Of a DNA stretch of 64,000 nucleotides, positions 10,032-19,358 are shown piece after piece. Numbering within the stretch: position 1 is the stretch's first letter; each line of letters begins with the position of its first letter. Both the position numbers and the translations under genes were made by a program. The stretch spans positions 32,001 through 96,000 of the forward strand of contig JASFQK010000006.1 in NCBI GenBank assembly GCA_050115495.1, written 5' to 3'. Source of the stretch: Phycisphaerae bacterium (GTDB lineage Bacteria > Planctomycetota > Phycisphaerae > UBA1845 > Fen-1342). The notes below the pieces were generated by a model. It made no database searches. It had not been told where the DNA came from and saw only the letters and a program-made list of their open reading frames with translations.

Positions 10032-10370
10032 CTACTTGTGCGGATAGTCTGGCGGGTATGAGATGATTTCGAGGTGATGGCCGCCCGGCGCCGCGAGGTA
10101 GAAGCCCCGCGAGCCGTCGCGATGCCCCTTGATCTCGCCGCCCAGCCGGCCGGCCAGCTCTTCGAGCTCCGCGGCACCCACCCGCCACGCCACGTGGTTG
10201 GGATGATCGCCCTGGCGAACGAAGGCCAGCTTCGCGCCCGGGCCGGCCAGCAGCGCCCAACTCTCGTCCTGATACAGCACTTCGCAACCGGGCAACGTCT
10301 GCGTGTACCAGCGCACGGCCGCGGCCACGTCCGGCACCTGCTGGGCGATGTGATCGAAGGTGAGCGACAT
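10032..10370 (-). CDS. VOC (glyoxalase/bleomycin resistance) family protein
   Basis: FDHIAQQVPD..A..WY, HVAW, H.DGSRGFYL..PGGHHLEII. Confidence 0.85.
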   Translation of the reverse strand: MSLTFDHIAQQVPDVAAAVRWYTQTLPGCEVLYQDESWALLAGPGAKLAFVRQGDHPNHVAWRVGAAELEELAGRLGGEIKGHRDGSRGFYLAAPGGHHLEIISYPPDYPHK

Positions 10371-10411
10371 CGGCAACCTGCTGCCCCCGAACCGTACGGC
10401 CATCGGCAGCG

Positions 10412-10885
10412 TCAGCGTTTGCTGCGACGCGACGTCTTGCCGCTGCGCCCCTTCGCCTTGTTCGTAAACGCACAGAGCGGACCGGCGTCGTCGGTGTCTT
10501 CAATGAGCGACGCCAGCGTGCACTTGGAAAAGCGCTTCTGCACGGCGGCGATGGCCTCGTCCAGTTCGCGATGCAGCGCGCAAAGACGATCGCCGTGCGC
10601 CTCGAAGCCAAGCGGGCACTTCGTGATGCGGTTGATCGGATCGACCGCCTGCACGACGTCCCACATGCTCATCTCGTTGGCCGGTCGCGCCAGGGTGAAT
10701 CCGCCGCCTAGCCCGCGCTGCGAATGCAGCAGCCCCGCCCGGCTCAATCCCTGCAACACCTTGGCCAGATAACCCGCCGGCACACGCGTGCAGTCGGCGA
10801 TCTGTTGTGCCGTCAGTGGCCGATCCGGCTGACTGGCGAGCCATACGACGGCGCGGAGCGCATACTCGGTCGTCTGACTAATCAC
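10412..10885 (-). CDS. Rrf2 family transcriptional regulator (Cys/His-containing)
   Basis: SQTTEYALRAVVWLA, YLAKVLQGL..AGLLHSQRGLGGGFTLA, CPLG...LCALH; GTG start at 10885. Confidence 0.92.
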   Translation of the reverse strand: MISQTTEYALRAVVWLASQPDRPLTAQQIADCTRVPAGYLAKVLQGLSRAGLLHSQRGLGGGFTLARPANEMSMWDVVQAVDPINRITKCPLGFEAHGDRLCALHRELDEAIAAVQKRFSKCTLASLIEDTDDAGPLCAFTNKAKGRSGKTSRRSKR

Positions 10886-10947
10886 GGTCCTGCCTCCAAG
10901 GGATATGAAGCCCTGCAAGTACAACAATACCCGACGTGCTGCCGCGG

Positions 10948-11637
10948 TCAAGCCGCGCCGCTGCGCTTCTCCTCCGGACCACCTGCACTCGTAGCGGCTG
11001 GCCGGTATTCCTCCCCGCGCCGCAGCCGACGGATGTTACCGCGGTGTCGCACGACGATCAGCAGGCCCAACAGAATCGCCACAACTTCCAACGGCCAGAA
11101 AACCGACAAGGCGCGTCCGGTGTACCAGAGTTGCCCGTACACGGCCAACGGGAAGACGAGCGCAATGGTCAGTGATCCGAGGGACACCAGTCCAGTCGTG
11201 AAGCGCACGGCGGCGTACGCAGCCACGGCCATGAAGATTGACACCGTAAACACCGGATACACACCGAGCGCCACGCCAATCGTCGTGGCTACACCTTTCC
11301 CGCCGCGAAAGCCCAGGTACACCGGGAAGACGTGACCGGCCACCGCCGCCACGGCGACGAGCAGCCAACAGAGCAATGCCCCCGTCGCCGGCTCAGGTCC
11401 AATAAGTACCGCCCGCGCGGCGAGCGTCGGCAGCATGCCCTTGAGAATATCCAACACCAGGCAGAGCTTGCCCCACCCACCGCCGAGCACGCGACCAACG
11501 TTCGTCGCCCCGATGTTCCGGCTGCCCTGCTGCCGAACGTCAACACCGCGGGCCAAGCCGATCAACAGACCGAAGGGCACCGCCCCGATGAGGTAAGCGC
11601 CGACCACCAGGCCGCCGGTGACCCCGAGGTCAATCAC
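10948..11637 (-). CDS. plsY: Glycerol-3-phosphate 1-O-acyltransferase PlsY
   Basis: YLIGAVPFG, GSRNIGATNVGR, GHVFPVYLGFRGGKGVAT, RHRGNIRRL. Confidence 0.95.
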   Translation of the reverse strand: MIDLGVTGGLVVGAYLIGAVPFGLLIGLARGVDVRQQGSRNIGATNVGRVLGGGWGKLCLVLDILKGMLPTLAARAVLIGPEPATGALLCWLLVAVAAVAGHVFPVYLGFRGGKGVATTIGVALGVYPVFTVSIFMAVAAYAAVRFTTGLVSLGSLTIALVFPLAVYGQLWYTGRALSVFWPLEVVAILLGLLIVVRHRGNIRRLRRGEEYRPAATSAGGPEEKRSGAA

Positions 11638-11857
11638 CGTCAGTTCCCCTGTCCTCGCGCCTCAGCCGCAGCCACGTCGGGCGCAGGCGGTCACGCAGCC
11701 ATTCGCTCCAGCGCACGCCCATACCCCGCGTCTGCTGGCGATAGAGATGTCGTCGCACATCTTCCGGCCGAACACGCGGCCGCCGGAAGCTCGCCCACCA
11801 GGTTCCCCAGCTCCACAGCCATCGCCACGCCGCCAATCGCACGCCAAGCCCTTTCAT
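11630..11857 (-). CDS. Small Trp/Arg-rich hypothetical protein (75 aa)
   Basis: Its ATG overlaps the upstream stop (TGATG at 11855-11859) and its stop overlaps the plsY GTG start, exactly filling the gap. Confidence 0.55.
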   Translation of the reverse strand: MKGLGVRLAAWRWLWSWGTWWASFRRPRVRPEDVRRHLYRQQTRGMGVRWSEWLRDRLRPTWLRLRREDRGTDGD

Positions 11858-12450
11858 CAGCGCTGCACGGCCACGCGAACGCTGGCCAGCACCTGCTCCG
11901 GCGTTCGCGACGTAACGGTGCCGCTGCCCCAAAGCTGCTCACGTTCAACGACCTGTTTCGGCTCGGCGTAGTAGTCCGAGACGTGGCTGGGGCCACCCTC
12001 GACCAATTCGCCGCCGGCGTAGTCAACAGCCAGCAGCCACCGCCCCATGGCCGACTCGTACTCCGCCGGATAGATCAGGGCGATGACGAACGCGGCCGTT
12101 TCACTGGCCGGTCGGCGGTCGGCCAGTTGCACGACGGCCCGGCACGGCGGCGGCGTACGCTCGGCCGCCGTTCGCAGGGCGGCGAAGTCGGCACGGGCCG
12201 TCGGCAAGTCGCGGCGGTAGAAGAACATGCCGCTCTCGGCCTGGAAGCGTTCCGGGGCGACGCCGCGCAGCTCGAGGCCGCCGTCCGGACTGGCCCGGTG
12301 AATCTCGTACACGTGCCCGCCGCGGTACGCCTCACTCTCCAGCAGGACAGCAATCTCTTCGGCGGTGTAGCCGACCGCGGCCCACTCGCCGAAGTCATAG
12401 ACATAGAGCCCGCGCAAACGTTCGGGGTTGTCGATCGGCGGCAGCTTCAT
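11857..12450 (-). CDS. Hypothetical protein
   Basis: Globular 197-aa ORF (GLYVYDFGEWAAVGYTAEEIAVLLESE...) heading a tightly coupled operon with plsY and rrf2. Confidence 0.75.
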   Translation of the reverse strand: MKLPPIDNPERLRGLYVYDFGEWAAVGYTAEEIAVLLESEAYRGGHVYEIHRASPDGGLELRGVAPERFQAESGMFFYRRDLPTARADFAALRTAAERTPPPCRAVVQLADRRPASETAAFVIALIYPAEYESAMGRWLLAVDYAGGELVEGGPSHVSDYYAEPKQVVEREQLWGSGTVTSRTPEQVLASVRVAVQR

Positions 12451-12555
12451 GCGCATGCACTCCAGCAGACGGTGCCCGGCCCGGAGCGTAAGCCCCTCAG
12501 CCGGCACAGGTTGTCTATGGTAACCGGCGTTCCGCCCCGAGCCCATGGCGGGCGC

Positions 12556-12604
12556 AAAAAAGCGGGCGAGTCGAGCGTGGGCGTGGGCGGGACTCGACTC
12601 ACCC
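12556..12604 (-). terminator. Intrinsic terminator downstream of the nrdR/ATP-cone operon
   Basis: Minus strand GGGTGAGTCGAG...CTCGACTCGCCC followed by GCTTTTTT. Confidence 0.7.
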
Positions 12605-12806
12605 TTCATCAGGGGAACGGAGGTTTGGATAAGAGACGGGCTCGCAGCGGCGTCACCGTTCGGTCGCTGTTCGCGCCCAGGCGGCTTCGCACGCCTTCCT
12701 GTGGCACACTACGAACCCATTTCCCTCATGGCTGCGTCGCTAGTCCGGGCGGTTCCGCTAGCCGTGGCGAGTGCTATCCAGCCGCCCGGCCCACGCAACG
12801 CAGCGC

Positions 12807-13409
12807 CTATTTCTCCTCTTCCAGTGGGCCGCTCAGCAGCGGTCCTTCACAAGCCTCGTCGCCCCAGGGACCGGCGCCGACCGCGTCGGGCAAGCCCCAA
12901 GCCAGTACTTCGTTCCGCATCAACTCGGCCAGCAACGTGCGCGATACCGAGCGGTAATCCAGGCCAAAGACCCGGTCCTCAATCTTGGCGGCCAGATACC
13001 GCGCCACCGGCTGCCGCAGGCCGTAACGGCCTCGCAACGTGTCGACCAGCGCACCTTTGCGCCAGCGGACCGGCTTGCGGTCGGGCTCAGCGGGGTCGAA
13101 CACCCGCAGTCGCCGACGCCGCGCCTCGCGTTGCCGCCGGTGCCGGGCCAGCACCTCGGCCGCGTCGACCAAGCCCGTCTGGACCAAAGCCGTATTCACG
13201 CAGCGGTAGACGTAGTTCGTCGTCAACCGCTCCGGCTCGCCCGAGTGCCGTACGTGCGACGCCAAAGCCCGGGCGAGCGGCTCGGCCAGATGCGTTTCGT
13301 TGCCGGCGATGCGTAGCACGCGCCGCAGACAGCTCTGCAACTTCGAGACGCTCAGGCACTCCTTCGTGCCGTCTCGCTTGGTCACTACGACGCGCTGCGC
13401 TTCGCTCAC
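12807..13409 (-). CDS. Stand-alone tandem ATP-cone-like domain protein
   Basis: VVVTKRDGTKECLSVSKL ATP-cone start, second cone-like unit (WRKGALVDTL...IEDRVF...LLAELMRNEVLAWGL); GTGA overlap with nrdR. Confidence 0.7.
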   Translation of the reverse strand: MSEAQRVVVTKRDGTKECLSVSKLQSCLRRVLRIAGNETHLAEPLARALASHVRHSGEPERLTTNYVYRCVNTALVQTGLVDAAEVLARHRRQREARRRRLRVFDPAEPDRKPVRWRKGALVDTLRGRYGLRQPVARYLAAKIEDRVFGLDYRSVSRTLLAELMRNEVLAWGLPDAVGAGPWGDEACEGPLLSGPLEEEK

Positions 13410-13915
13410 GATTCGGCAGGCCCTTCGAAGAGATTCTGTTGCCCGGGGATGTCGCCGGCCGCGCGCTCGATGACGTCCTGGGCTTCTTCGATGAACTCTC
13501 CCACGTCCTCAAACTGCCGATAGACACTGGCGAAGCGTACGTAGGCCACTTGATCCACTCGCCGCAGCACCGCCGCCACTCGTTCGCCTATCGTCGAACT
13601 GGAGACCTCCTTCTCGAAGCGCCCGACTACGTACTCCTCGACCTCGTCCACAATCTGATCCACTCGCTCGGACGAGATCCGTCGCTTGTACGCGGCCCTC
13701 CGAATGGCCTCCGCAATCTTCTCCCGATCGTACGGCACGCGCGTTCCATCGCGCTTGATGACCGAGAGACGTATGGCTTCCTCGATCCGCTCGTACGTCG
13801 TGTAGCGTCGCCCGCACGCCAGACACTCGCGCCGTCGCCGGATCGACTGCCCGGCCTCTGTCGAGCGTGAGTCTACGACCTTGTCGTCGTCAGCCTTGCA
13901 GTACGGACACCGCAT
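13406..13915 (-). CDS. nrdR: Transcriptional repressor NrdR
   Basis: MRCPYC..KVVDSR..IRRRRECLACGRRYTTYE Zn ribbon, VIKRDG ATP cone, DQVAYVRFASVYRQF. Confidence 0.97.
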   Translation of the reverse strand: MRCPYCKADDDKVVDSRSTEAGQSIRRRRECLACGRRYTTYERIEEAIRLSVIKRDGTRVPYDREKIAEAIRRAAYKRRISSERVDQIVDEVEEYVVGRFEKEVSSSTIGERVAAVLRRVDQVAYVRFASVYRQFEDVGEFIEEAQDVIERAAGDIPGQQNLFEGPAES

Positions 13916-14033
13916 CGGGCCTGGCTTTCCAACACGTCACCTGCGCCGTCGGCAGGATCCTCGCCTCTGCCCGTCGCGAGGCTGACCTTCAACCACCTGC
14001 CGACCGTCTCCTCCTCACGACACGACGCTACTA

Positions 14034-14087
14034 ACCACCATTTATTGTTATCGAACGTAGTGTACAGCACAAGATAATGGGTGTCAA
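14034..14087 (-). promoter_or_regulatory. nrdR promoter with two NrdR-box-like sites
   Basis: Minus strand TTGACA(14087-14082)-N17-TACACT(14064-14059); plus-strand CACCATTTATTGT (14036) and CACAAGATAATGG (14068) are 32 bp apart. Confidence 0.7.
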
Positions 14088-14148
14088 CCAGTTTCAAACG
14101 ATTCGGGCGACACTTTCGCCCCGTCTGGCCCCTGTGTATAAACCCGAC

Positions 14149-15069
14149 ATGCCGCTGCGACTTGCCGAATTCCAACACGAAAACATCCGCGTCGTCGGCT
14201 TCTCCCTGGCCGGCGAGGAGTCCTTCTTCGTCCTGCCCGAGCTGAATCTGGCGTTCGACGTCGGCCGGGCGCAACGCCAATTGCTCTCGGTCGATCACGT
14301 CTTCCTGACGCACGGCCACATGGACCACGCCGCCGGCATCGCCTATTACTTCTCGCAGCGAATGTTCATCGACAACCAGCCGGGGCACCTGTACGCCCCG
14401 GAGCCGCTGGTCGAGCCGATCCGCCGACTGCTCCGCCTATGGGCCGACATCGACGGGCACGAGCCGCCCAGCAACGTCCATCCCGCGGTGGCCGGCACCG
14501 ACATCGCCCTGCGCCGCGACCTCGTCGTGCGGCCCTTCGAGGTCAACCACCCCTGCCGCCGAAGCAACCGCACGATCGTGCGCAGCCTGGGCTATGCGGC
14601 GATCGAGGTCCGGCAGAAGCTTCTGCCCGAGTACCAGGAGCTGACCGGTCCGCAGCTCGTGCTGCTCAAGCAGCAGGGCACGGCCATCACGCGCCGGGTC
14701 GAGCTACCCCAGGTGGCCTATTGCGGGGACACGGCCCCGGGCGACTTCTTCGACCTGCCGTGCGTTCGCGACGCCAAGGTGCTGCTGCTGGAATGCACGT
14801 TCGTCGAGCCCGACCACCGCGACCGAGCCCGCGCCGGCTGCCACATTCACATATCGCAACTGCGCGACATCATCCCGCGGCTGAACAGCGAGCGGATCGT
14901 GCTCACCCACCTGTCGCGGCGAACGTCCCTGGCCGACGCCCGGGCGATGTTGCGGCGTGAGCTCGGCGAGCTCTACACCGACCGCATCACGTTCCTGATG
15001 GAGCACCGCCGCCGACACCGCCGCGGCCGGCCAGAAGGCAACGCGTCCGCCCCGCCGACCGAAGCCTGA
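14149..15069 (+). CDS. MBL-fold metallo-hydrolase, RNase Z (TM-type)-like
   Basis: FLTHGHMDH, VNH, KLLPEY..L.G.QL..LK..G flexible arm, YCGDT, LECTF, HIH, LTHLSRR. Confidence 0.85.
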   Translation: MPLRLAEFQHENIRVVGFSLAGEESFFVLPELNLAFDVGRAQRQLLSVDHVFLTHGHMDHAAGIAYYFSQRMFIDNQPGHLYAPEPLVEPIRRLLRLWADIDGHEPPSNVHPAVAGTDIALRRDLVVRPFEVNHPCRRSNRTIVRSLGYAAIEVRQKLLPEYQELTGPQLVLLKQQGTAITRRVELPQVAYCGDTAPGDFFDLPCVRDAKVLLLECTFVEPDHRDRARAGCHIHISQLRDIIPRLNSERIVLTHLSRRTSLADARAMLRRELGELYTDRITFLMEHRRRHRRGRPEGNASAPPTEA

Positions 15070-15160
15070 CGAAGCCGCAGCGCCGTCTGTCCGAGCCGCG
15101 ACCGGCAGGGAGGGGTTGACGCAAACAGCAACCGTATGCGCAGACCACCCACTCGCTACC

Positions 15161-15240
15161 GCTCGGGGCACGGATTCTCCGCTCCAGGCGAGGATTCAAC
15201 GCTCCAGGCGAGGATTCACCGCTCGAGGCGCGGATTGACG
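15161..15240 (+). repeat. 20-bp tandem repeat x4 (GCTCCAGGCGAGGATTCANC-like)
   Basis: Units at 15161, 15181, 15201 and 15221 between convergent genes. Confidence 0.85.
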
Positions 15241-15246
15241 CGGCGT

Positions 15247-16755
15247 TTACGGCTGCATCCGGCCGACGTGGTCGCCAGCCTGCTCGAGGTACGTGCGCAG
15301 CGCGACCGGTGACCAGCTCGTGATGATGAACCGGTCGGTCACCGTCCAGGCTGTGCCGGCGAGGAACGGGTACTGGAGATACCAGATACCCTTGCCGTCG
15401 TTACAAACACGCACCAGCGGCGGCTTGCCGCTCTTCTCGGCGTCGCGGTCCCACACCGTCTGCCAGGCGCGGCACAGGCGATCGACGCCTTCCTTAACGC
15501 GCTGCGGCTCGTCGCGGATCTCGGTCAGTGTGGTCATGGCCAGCGGGATATGCAGCGGGTGCTGCGGGTAATTGTGCATGACCGTGTAGGGTCCGAGATG
15601 CGCCAGGATGTCCTGCTCGCCGTCGAACCCGAACTCGCTCTTCATTCCCTCCCAGACGCGAAGGATGGTCTTCCGCGTTTGGGTGCTCTCGGTGGTCAGC
15701 ATCGCCGCGAAGAAACGCGGCACGAACTCCGTCGGCTCGACCCGGTAGATCGCATAGCGGGCCTTGTCGGGCACAACGGCCAGCAGGTGGGCCTCGCGAA
15801 CCGCCGGGTCGGCGTACACGCGCTCACGCACCTGCCCGTTTTCCATGTAGTGGGCCACGCAGTACATCGCCTGGCCTTCGAAGCCCAGCGCCCAGTGCGC
15901 GTGCTGAAGCTCCTCGGCATCCCAGGCGGCGAAGAACTCGGTGACCCGATCATTCACGAACGGATCCAGCCGCTCCCGCATCGTCTGCGCGGCCAGGATG
16001 ATCTCGATGAGCGCCGCCCGGCTGCGCGGACCGCGTACCTGGGCGAGCCACTCGGTCCGGCCGAGGGCCATGTTCTCGCCGGTGGCGACCGAAGCAATCA
16101 ACGGCCAGACGTCCGGCCCGATGGTCAGCACGAAATGTGGCCCGATGCGACCCCAGGCAATCGCGCACCAGTCGGGCAGACGGCTGTCGGTGAGCTCCTG
16201 GTACTCCCAGTTGCCGGCCTGGCGCCGCTGCAACTTGGCGAACTGGCTGTCGGTCTGCTCGTTCACCGCCGCCTGGAGCACACGGGCGAAGGCCTCCTCC
16301 GCCTGTGGCTGGTCGCCGACCTGCACGACGAGGGCGAGGCGCAGCTTGTCGACGCGGCGAATGGACGGGTCAGATGGCACGGGCAGGGCACGGGCATCGA
16401 CGAAAGCCAGCGCATGCGGATAGCGAATCGCCAGGCTGAAGGCCTCGATAACGCGGGCGTACAGCCGGCTCTGCGCATCGAGGACCTTCGGGAAGAGCTG
16501 CATGAACGTGTTCCAGTACGAAGGATCGCCCGACACGGGTGACGTATCAGGGAACGGCCGGCCGTACCAGCAGAGGAGACTCTCGGCGGGCACGAGGTCC
16601 AGCGGCTCGGTCAGACGTAATTCCGGCGCCGGGGCGGACGCCGTCTCCTGCGGGGCGGGCTCTGGTGTCGCCGGATGCGGTCCGAGGGCGACCATCCCGG
16701 CCAGCAGTCCCAGCCCGGCAATCATCAATAGCGAACGGCACACAACGCGCGGCAT
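15247..16755 (-). CDS. Membrane-anchored/secreted hypothetical protein (DUF3352-like architecture)
   Basis: N-terminal hydrophobic segment, Pro-rich linker, PLDLVPAESLL / LLAVVPDKARY repeated motif. Confidence 0.7.
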   Translation of the reverse strand: MPRVVCRSLLMIAGLGLLAGMVALGPHPATPEPAPQETASAPAPELRLTEPLDLVPAESLLCWYGRPFPDTSPVSGDPSYWNTFMQLFPKVLDAQSRLYARVIEAFSLAIRYPHALAFVDARALPVPSDPSIRRVDKLRLALVVQVGDQPQAEEAFARVLQAAVNEQTDSQFAKLQRRQAGNWEYQELTDSRLPDWCAIAWGRIGPHFVLTIGPDVWPLIASVATGENMALGRTEWLAQVRGPRSRAALIEIILAAQTMRERLDPFVNDRVTEFFAAWDAEELQHAHWALGFEGQAMYCVAHYMENGQVRERVYADPAVREAHLLAVVPDKARYAIYRVEPTEFVPRFFAAMLTTESTQTRKTILRVWEGMKSEFGFDGEQDILAHLGPYTVMHNYPQHPLHIPLAMTTLTEIRDEPQRVKEGVDRLCRAWQTVWDRDAEKSGKPPLVRVCNDGKGIWYLQYPFLAGTAWTVTDRFIITSWSPVALRTYLEQAGDHVGRMQP

Positions 16756-16860
16756 GCGACAAACCTCCAGAGAATTGCCGCGGAGGTTACCCGCAGGCTG
16801 TTCCGCCCGCCAGAATTGTACGGTGACAACTTGTCGAAAAGTGTGTCCGCGGCAGGGGCG

Positions 16861-18282
16861 TCAGGCGCAAACGTGCATGGCGAGTACGGTGAGATCATCG
16901 AGCGGATGCCCGATACGCCGCAGCGTCTCGTGGCGAACCTGCAACTCGTCGAGCGCCGCCGCGGGACCCTCGTCGCGCAGCGTCTCACACCAGGCGGACG
17001 CCAGCAGGGCCTGCCCTGGGGTCGTCGCGACGCCGCGGGGGGTGGGTGCTGACCGCGTCCGGGCGTCCGGCGATCGGGCCGCCGATGCCGGTCGGCCGTT
17101 ACCGTTACCGTTGTGCTGCCATCCGCCATCGGTGACGGATACGCCGGCGCCGACCAGGCAGGGCGCAGCGGCAGCAACCGCGGGACGGAGCTGCGCCGCG
17201 GCTTCGGCCCGGCGACGCAGGGCGTCGGTCGTGCGGGCAAAAGCGTCGGTGAGGCCGTAGTTGGGCAGTTGGGGAATGAGCACGCGATCGAGACCGTCGG
17301 AGCAGATCAGCAGCGTATCGCCGGGCGCAAGCTGCACGGTCTCCACTTCGAACTCCGCGCCGGCGGTGATTCCGACCACGCCGCCGGCGGGCTGCAGCAA
17401 CTCGATCGCGCCGTTTGCCCGCCGCAGCAGCGGATAGGGCGAACCGCCACGAGCCAGCTTCAGCTCGAGCGTTTCGACGTTCAGCACGGCGTAGGTGGCG
17501 GCGACGAAGGAGCAGTCGGAGAGGTCCGCGTAGAGCAGGTCCTCATTCAGTCGCGCGAGCACCTCCTCCGGACGGAGGATGCGGTAGTGACCGTTATCGA
17601 TTTCCTTGCCACGCAGGGAGCGTTTGATGAGCATCGTGAGCAGCGCCGCCGGGATACCGTGGCCCGTGGCGTCGGCCAGGGCAACGGCCACGTGCTGCTC
17701 ATCGAGACGATGGACATCGTAGATGTCGCCGGAGACGTAGTCGACCGGGCGGAAGACCGCGGAGAAGGACACGCTGCCGATGGTGGGAAGCGTCTCGGGG
17801 ATCAGGTCGCGTTGAATCTGGCTGGCCAGGCGCAACTGGTTGTTGTAGCGCTGCGTCGCGTTCTGTTCCGACTGCCGGTTGGCCACCATGCTGCCGTGCA
17901 GTGATTCGAGCGAGTCGCGCATGGCCACCATCGTGCACAAACGGGTGGCCAGCTCGTCCGCGTTGGCCGGGCACCCGAACGTCACCGGCACGGTCCGCGG
18001 ATGTCCGACGTGCGGCACATCACCGCCGGAAGCCCGCATCAGCAGCGTGGCTCGCGGCTGATCAGCGAGGCGGTCGAGCAGCACTTGCAGCGAATGGCTG
18101 ATCTGGCGGATGTCGTCCGGCACCACCACGACGACCGCGTCCGTCCCTGCCGACAACGCGCTGTGCAGGGCGTCTCGCAGGGGGCGAAAACTGGCGGAAG
18201 CTCCGGTTCGGCGGACAGCCTCCCGCAGGCCAGTGGGGATGGCGTGGTCGCCCATAATTACTTGCACGTGCGGTCTTGGCAT
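16861..18282 (-). CDS. PP2C/SpoIIE family Ser/Thr phosphatase (RsbU/RsbP-like) with degenerate receiver-like N-domain
   Basis: LRLASQIQRDLIP, VSGDIYD, LADATGHGIPAAL, CSDGL, DDLTVL. Confidence 0.9.
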   Translation of the reverse strand: MPRPHVQVIMGDHAIPTGLREAVRRTGASASFRPLRDALHSALSAGTDAVVVVVPDDIRQISHSLQVLLDRLADQPRATLLMRASGGDVPHVGHPRTVPVTFGCPANADELATRLCTMVAMRDSLESLHGSMVANRQSEQNATQRYNNQLRLASQIQRDLIPETLPTIGSVSFSAVFRPVDYVSGDIYDVHRLDEQHVAVALADATGHGIPAALLTMLIKRSLRGKEIDNGHYRILRPEEVLARLNEDLLYADLSDCSFVAATYAVLNVETLELKLARGGSPYPLLRRANGAIELLQPAGGVVGITAGAEFEVETVQLAPGDTLLICSDGLDRVLIPQLPNYGLTDAFARTTDALRRRAEAAAQLRPAVAAAAPCLVGAGVSVTDGGWQHNGNGNGRPASAARSPDARTRSAPTPRGVATTPGQALLASAWCETLRDEGPAAALDELQVRHETLRRIGHPLDDLTVLAMHVCA

Positions 18283-18446
18283 GTCCGGCCTCATACCCCG
18301 GTGGGCGGCATACCGACGACCCGGCGTCGCCGCCATTCTTACGTATCGGCCAGGATGCAGGAGGGGTCCCGAATTGCGCGTGGGTTTCCGACAGTGGGCG
18401 GGACGGGCGATAATCTCCCCGTTTGCGGTCGGGCAGGCGGGCGGCG

Positions 18447-19316
18447 TCAGGCGCGGAGCAGACCCAGCAGGTGGTGAATGAGCCGGGCAGCCAGGAATTC
18501 GGTGACGTTGTTGCCGGGCAGCGGCCGCACTTCGACGCAGTCCACGGCCACGATCTGCCGCTTCCGGGCCACCGCCGCCAGCAGGTCGGTCACCTGGAAC
18601 CAGGTGAGGCCGCCGGGCTCGGGCGTCCCGGTGCCGGGGGCACAGGCGGGGTCGAAGCCGTCGAGGTCGATCGTCAGGTACACGTGCTGGCCGAGGGCGG
18701 CGACAACGTCGTCGATCCAGCCCGGCTGCTCGTGGCAGTGGCGGGCGGAGAAGAGGGCCGGCTTCGCCGTGCGGATAAAGCGAGCCTCGCCGGCGGAATA
18801 GTTGCGGATCCCCACGCCCACAACACTCACACCCATCTCATGCACGCGACGCATCACGCAGGCGTGGCTGTGCGGCGAACCCTGGTACTCGTCGCGCAGA
18901 TCGGCGTGTGCATCGATCTGCAACACGCACAGGTCGCGATACTGCTGGCGGACCGCCCGCACCAGGCCGGCCGTGATGCTGTGTTCGCCGCCGAGGGAGA
19001 TCAAGAACTTGCCGTCACGGAGTACGCGGCGGGCGGCGCGGTAGACGCGCTGCACCATCTCCGCCGGTCCGCGGGCGTCGGCTTCGAGCGGTTCGAGCGT
19101 CGCCACGCCGCTACGCGGGACGCTACGGCCGAGGGCTTCGTCGTACAGCTCGACCTGCTGCGAGGCGGTGAGGATCGCCCGCGGGCCGTCGCGTGTCCCG
19201 ATGCCGTAGGTGGTGGTCGCCTCGTAGGGAATGGGCAGGACGGCATAGCGCGCCCGCCGATAGTCGGCGTCGCGGCCGGCAAGTCCCAGGAAGTTGTCCG
19301 GTACGGTGTCGGCCAT
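18447..19316 (-). CDS. speB: Agmatinase
   Basis: GTRDGP, GGEHSIT, DAHADLRD, SHAC, DLDGFDP..APGTGTPEPGG; adjacent to arginine decarboxylase. Confidence 0.93.
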   Translation of the reverse strand: MADTVPDNFLGLAGRDADYRRARYAVLPIPYEATTTYGIGTRDGPRAILTASQQVELYDEALGRSVPRSGVATLEPLEADARGPAEMVQRVYRAARRVLRDGKFLISLGGEHSITAGLVRAVRQQYRDLCVLQIDAHADLRDEYQGSPHSHACVMRRVHEMGVSVVGVGIRNYSAGEARFIRTAKPALFSARHCHEQPGWIDDVVAALGQHVYLTIDLDGFDPACAPGTGTPEPGGLTWFQVTDLLAAVARKRQIVAVDCVEVRPLPGNNVTEFLAARLIHHLLGLLRA

Positions 19317-19358
19317 GGCACTCACGCCCCGGCTCACCAGCGACCGGGCTCGTGCCCG

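Noticed and set aside
12670..12750. ZTP (pfl) riboswitch, from minus-strand GACTAGCGA and GCCGCCTGGGC
   Set aside because: The 5' motif lacks the GGCG needed for the pseudoknot, is tied up in another hairpin, and no purine or folate gene follows
15161..15240. Possible CRISPR array
   Set aside because: Repeats are contiguous with no spacers, and no cas genes are present
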